Assembly (NCBI RefSeq): GCF_901482445.1
Contig: NZ_LR590477.1
Location: 1,426,037-1,458,036, forward strand
From: Neisseria lactamica
Lineage (GTDB): Bacteria; Pseudomonadota; Gammaproteobacteria; Burkholderiales; Neisseriaceae
Length of the DNA stretch: 32,000 bases
Direction of reading: 5' to 3'
Shown: one piece after another, positions 28,265 to 32,000 of the stretch
Layout: the number at the start of each line of letters is the position of its first letter
Numbering within the stretch: position 1 is the first letter of the stretch
The notes under the pieces: model-generated
The model's database searches: none
The model's input: the letters and a program-made list of their open reading frames with translations, nothing else
Told to the model about the DNA's origin: nothing
Program-made: the position numbers and the translations under genes

Positions 28265-28325
28265 GGAATGGCAAAATTTCAGATTGCGGGCATTGTTAAG
28301 TATTTCTATTTTTCACCTGCCGTAT

Positions 28326-30101
28326 TTATTTCCGCCCTTTGGCTTCGGCCTCCTCCCCTGCCGGCACGCTGTTCATCTGTTTGATCAGCTTTTCCGCCTT
28401 TTCCTCGTCCTCGCAGCGGACGATTTTGGCAATCTCGTTTTCGAGCTGTGCGATATTACTGTTCAGGATGATGTTTTTGACAGGCAGGATGTTGTTGGGA
28501 TTCATCGAAAAACGGCGCAGCCCCATACCCAATAAAACGCGGGTAAACGCCGTGTCGCCCGCCATTTCGCCGCACACGGACACGTCTTTTTCCATACGGT
28601 TGGCGGTGCGGATGATGTGTTGCAGCATTTTCAATACGGCGGGATGGCCGGGGCGGTAGAGGTGTCCGATGCTGTCGTCGCTGCGGTCGACGGACAAGAT
28701 ATATTGAATCAGGTCGTTGGTGCCGACGGAAATAAAATCAACCGGTTTCAAAATACTGCCGACGGTCAGCGCGGCAGACGGGATTTCAATCATACAGCCG
28801 ACACCGACATCGCCGAAGGCATCGCCGCGTTCGGCAAGCTGGCGGCGGGCGGTGTCCAAATGGATCAGGCACTGGCGCACCTCGGATACGGAGGTAATCA
28901 TCGGCCACATCATCCGCACGGGGCCGTGGGCGGCGGCGCGGAGGATGGCGCGCATCTGCGTGCGGAACATCACCGGCTCGGCAAGGCACAACCGGATGCC
29001 GGTCATCCCCAGCGCGGGGTTGAGGCTGCCGTTGGGCGTGCTGTTTTGCCCGAACCAGCGCGGGTTTTTATCCACGCCCAAATCAACGGTGCGGATGGTC
29101 ACGCTTTTGCCTTTCATTTTTTTGACAATCGCGCTGTACACTTCGTACTGCTCGTCTTCAGACGGCATCGTATCGCGGTTCAGGTAAAGGAACTCGCTGC
29201 GGAACAGCCCGATGCCGTCTGCACCGAGATTGTGCAGCGGTTTCACGTCTTCGGCGGATTCTATATTTCCCAGAAGCTCGATGCAGACCCCGTCGGCGGT
29301 GGCGGCGGCGGTTTTTTTGAGCTTGTTCAACTCGCGTTTGTGGCTGCGGTATTCGCGGGCGCGGCGGCGGTATTCGTCCAAGACGGTTTCATCGGGCGCG
29401 ATAATCAGGATACCGTTGATGCCGTCCACGATGACGGTTTCGCCCTCGGTAATCAGTTTGCGCGCGTTGTGCAGCCCGACGACGGACGGGATGTCCAAAC
29501 TCCTGCCCAAAATCGCCGTATGCCCGGTGGGACCGCCGGCATCGGTAACGAAGGCGGCTATGCGCTGCTCTTTAAACAAAACCGTGTCGGCGGGCGAAAG
29601 GTCGTTTGCAATCAGCACGGTTTCGTCAAACAGGTTGTCGGCAACTTCCAACTCGTTGCCCTGCCCGATCAGGTTGTTGTGGATGCGGCGGACGACTTGC
29701 AGCATATCCTGTTTGCGTTCGCGCAAATAGGCATCGTCCATATTGTCGAATTGGGCGGCGAGTTTGTCGCTCTGCTGCTTCAATGCCCACTCGGCGTTGA
29801 TTTTTTGTTCCCTTAAAATATCGACGGGTTCGCGCGACAAGGTTACATCGGTCAACAGCATCAGGTGCAGCGAGATAAACGCGCCCAACTCGGTTGGGGC
29901 GTTTTCGGGAATCGCGCTGCGGAGCTGTTCCAACTCTTTGCGCGTGGCTTTGACGGCGGCATCGAAACGTTCGGCTTCGGCATCGGTGTCCGCCTCCGCA
30001 ACATCATACTGCGGCACTTCCTCCGTACCGCGCGCAATCAGGTGGGCGCAACCGACGGCAATGCCTTTGCCCGCCGCCACGCCGTGCAGCACGATACTCA
30101 T
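28326..30101 (-). CDS. ptsI: Phosphoenolpyruvate-protein phosphotransferase (PTS Enzyme I)
   Basis: Phospho-His motif GGPTGHTAILGRSLDIP. PEP-utilising C-terminal domain (..IGTNDL..). 591 aa. Confidence 0.95.
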   Translation of the reverse strand: MSIVLHGVAAGKGIAVGCAHLIARGTEEVPQYDVAEADTDAEAERFDAAVKATRKELEQLRSAIPENAPTELGAFISLHLMLLTDVTLSREPVDILREQKINAEWALKQQSDKLAAQFDNMDDAYLRERKQDMLQVVRRIHNNLIGQGNELEVADNLFDETVLIANDLSPADTVLFKEQRIAAFVTDAGGPTGHTAILGRSLDIPSVVGLHNARKLITEGETVIVDGINGILIIAPDETVLDEYRRRAREYRSHKRELNKLKKTAAATADGVCIELLGNIESAEDVKPLHNLGADGIGLFRSEFLYLNRDTMPSEDEQYEVYSAIVKKMKGKSVTIRTVDLGVDKNPRWFGQNSTPNGSLNPALGMTGIRLCLAEPVMFRTQMRAILRAAAHGPVRMMWPMITSVSEVRQCLIHLDTARRQLAERGDAFGDVGVGCMIEIPSAALTVGSILKPVDFISVGTNDLIQYILSVDRSDDSIGHLYRPGHPAVLKMLQHIIRTANRMEKDVSVCGEMAGDTAFTRVLLGMGLRRFSMNPNNILPVKNIILNSNIAQLENEIAKIVRCEDEEKAEKLIKQMNSVPAGEEAEAKGRK

Positions 30102-30370
30102 TATTCGCCCTCGCCGAAACAGTCGTTGATTAAGTCGGTCAGGGTGCGCATCGCTTCCGCCTCGTCCGCGCCGTCGGTTTCCAGTTCGATGACCGTACCT
30201 TTGGCGGCGGCGAGCATCATCAGCCCCATAATGCTTTTACCGTTGACGCGGCTGCCGTTTTTCGTAACCCAGACTTCGCTTTTGAATTGGGACGCGGTTT
30301 GGGTGAACTTGCTGGACGCGCGGGCGTGAAGTCCGAGTTTGTTGATGATTTCGATGGATTGTTTGAGCAT
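30101..30370 (-). CDS. ptsH: Phosphocarrier protein HPr
   Basis: GLHARAS (His15) and NGKSIMGLM (Ser46) motifs. 89 aa. Its stop overlaps the ptsI ATG (TAATG). Confidence 0.95.
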   Translation of the reverse strand: MLKQSIEIINKLGLHARASSKFTQTASQFKSEVWVTKNGSRVNGKSIMGLMMLAAAKGTVIELETDGADEAEAMRTLTDLINDCFGEGE

Positions 30371-30438
30371 TTCGATTCCCGTTTTATGTATATCGGCAGC
30401 AGATGCCGTTTAAAATATTTTCCTGCCCTGCCGCTTCT

Positions 30439-30876
30439 TCAGACGGCATCGCCGCTGCGCCGGCACACCAAATCTTCGGGCGCGGACGTGATGGCGAAAA
30501 TGCCCTTTACCGCCGCCTCTCTAACGCATTCGGTAAAGGCGGCAAGGTCTTCCGCCGCCGGCGAATGTTGGACGGCCTTAATCATCATCGGCGCGTTCAG
30601 CCCGGTCAAAATCGCCGATTTGTTTTCGCGCACGAGGCGGCGGGCGGCATTGCAGGGGGTTGCGCCGAAGATGTCGGTCATAATCAATACGCCGTGGTTT
30701 TCAGGAAATTCTTGCAGCGCGGCAATGGCGTTGTTGATGATGTCGTCTTGGTCTTCCGTCGGCTGCACGCCGAGTATGCGGACGTTTTCAGGCAGCCCGC
30801 CCGGAAAAAAATGATGCGCCAGCTTGCGGTAGGCTTCGCCTATGGTTTCGTGTGTGATGATTAAAAGCCCTATCAT
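30439..30876 (-). CDS. PTS EIIA component, mannose/fructose (EIIA-Man) family
   Basis: MIGLLIITHETIGEAYRK... with the typical N-terminal His (ITHE) of EIIA-Man. I use the internal ATG at 30876 (145 aa) rather than 30921. Confidence 0.8.
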   Translation of the reverse strand: MIGLLIITHETIGEAYRKLAHHFFPGGLPENVRILGVQPTEDQDDIINNAIAALQEFPENHGVLIMTDIFGATPCNAARRLVRENKSAILTGLNAPMMIKAVQHSPAAEDLAAFTECVREAAVKGIFAITSAPEDLVCRRSGDAV

Positions 30877-30957
30877 ATTATGCGTCCTGTTCCCCGTTGT
30901 CCTGCCGGCGTATGGGCGCAATGCCGTCTGAAAGGCCTTCAGACGGCATTTGCATCC

Positions 30958-31521
30958 TTATTTTCCGCCCAATGCGTAAATCTCGCCCAAATTGCGCCAG
31001 CAGCCCGCCGCGTCCATACCGTAACCGAACACATAACGGTTCGGCACATCCAGTCCGACATAATCGGCTTTGACCGGTTTTTCTTTGTCGATTAATTTAT
31101 TGGCGAACACCGCCGAACGGCAACTTGCCGCACCCATTTCCAAAAGTTTGGCTTGAATGGCGGACATCGTATGCCCTTCGTCCAAAATATCGTCCAACAC
31201 AACGACGTGCCTGCCCCGGATTTGTTCCGCATCGGGCATACGCTTCCAGTTGAACGCGCCGCCCTCCAGCTTGTCGCCGTAACGGGAAACGTGAACATAA
31301 TCAAAATCTAAGGGAAAGCGCAACAGCGGCAGCAACTGCCCCGTAAACACCACCGCCCCGCCCATCACGGGCAGCAGCAACGGATATTTATCCCCCAAAT
31401 CGCGCGTAATCTCGTCCGCCACTTTTTGCAGCGCGGCGCGGCATTGCCCTTGGTCGAACAAAAGCTCGGCGTTTTCAAGCATCGCCTGTGTTTCAAGGCG
31501 TTTGGTTTCTAAATCAGTCAT
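30958..31521 (-). CDS. hpt: Hypoxanthine-guanine phosphoribosyltransferase
   Basis: PRPP-binding motif VVVLDDILDEGHT. 187 aa from MTDLETK (31521). Confidence 0.85.
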   Translation of the reverse strand: MTDLETKRLETQAMLENAELLFDQGQCRAALQKVADEITRDLGDKYPLLLPVMGGAVVFTGQLLPLLRFPLDFDYVHVSRYGDKLEGGAFNWKRMPDAEQIRGRHVVVLDDILDEGHTMSAIQAKLLEMGAASCRSAVFANKLIDKEKPVKADYVGLDVPNRYVFGYGMDAAGCWRNLGEIYALGGK

Positions 31522-31589
31522 ATATCGGAATCGGTCGGTAAAGGGAAAATTATAAACCAAAGTATCGGCTGCCGTCTGAACCGTCCTGC

Positions 31590-32000
31590 TCAGCGGTCGG
31601 TACGCACGCGCACAAACGTGGCGAATTTCGGCGTGCCTTTCCGCGTAAAACCACGGTAGCGGTAGGTAATCAGCGTGCCGATTTTTGGCGGATTGTCGCG
31701 GTCTTTGTCTTTGAAACCGCTGCCGATGCGGAATTCGCCGTGCCGGTTTTTGCAGCCGACCGCGCCCAGCCGTCCGGCGTTTCGCCCTTTGCCCTCATAG
31801 TGCCGCGTTACCGTGCATTCGTCGTCGTATTGGCTTTTCAGCTTCAATAATTGGCTGCTCCTGCCGCCGCTGTAACGGGATTCAGGATGGCGCAACATCA
31901 CACCTTCGCCGCCCTGCGCTTCGATTTGTTTTAAAAAGTCCATCGCGTGCTGCCGGTCGCGCACTTTGATTTGCGGGATGATGGTAATCGGCGCGTTCGG
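31590..32000 (-). CDS. ATP-dependent DNA ligase (Lig E type), C-terminal part; the N terminus lies outside the window
   Basis: Ligase motifs IV/V (EGVMLR, LLKLK) and an OB-fold tail. The frame stays open upstream of the GTG at 31964 to the window end (..PNAPITIIPQIKV..). Confidence 0.8.
   Translation of the reverse strand, partial: PNAPITIIPQIKVRDRQHAMDFLKQIEAQGGEGVMLRHPESRYSGGRSSQLLKLKSQYDDECTVTRHYEGKGRNAGRLGAVGCKNRHGEFRIGSGFKDKDRDNPPKIGTLITYRYRGFTRKGTPKFATFVRVRTDR

Noticed and set aside
28617-29816. 399-aa plus-strand ORF
   Set aside because: It is antisense to ptsI. The product is Gly/Ala/Val/Arg-rich, as is typical of shadow frames.

Overview
This is a Neisseria chromosomal segment from the meningitidis/lactamica/gonorrhoeae group; I cannot assign the species without a database search. 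The genus call rests on several things I can read directly. There are at least 30 copies of the 10-nt DNA uptake sequence GCCGTCTGAA. There are dRS3/NIME arrays (ATTCCC-N8-GGGAAT) and Correia-type MITEs. There is an opa gene with a CTCTT tract, plus porB and pilC. Gene order is: mrp/apbC (5' partial); repeat arrays; pilC; IS110-family IS copy 1; porB; truA; IS copy 2; opa (phase OFF); ribF; ileS; a degraded Nf/MDA-type filamentous prophage; IS copy 3 (inverted); a low-GC orphan toxin C-terminal fragment with an immunity-like gene; thiC with a TPP riboswitch; tRNA-fMet; a Nudix hydrolase; an ABC ATPase; ptsI-ptsH-EIIA; hpt; and an ATP-dependent DNA ligase (partial). The prophage carries an in-frame Rep::TspB fusion, an Ace/pVI-like gene, a Zot-like gene and a Piv/Irg-type transposase. 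The most interesting item is the 1279-bp IS110-family element, present in three apparently identical copies. Each copy sits at the same CT dinucleotide on the flank of a GGTGGGCTGAAGCCCACC hairpin repeat. Its non-coding left end contains two 8-mers, one identical to the target left flank and one identical to the element's own right end. That is the pattern expected of an IS110 bridge (guide) RNA. Every copy also carries a 102-bp Correia-type MITE inserted between codons 10 and 11 of its recombinase gene. Two direct copies bracket porB-truA, and the third is inverted 10.8 kb away. All functional calls come from motif recognition by eye. No searches or computations were run.
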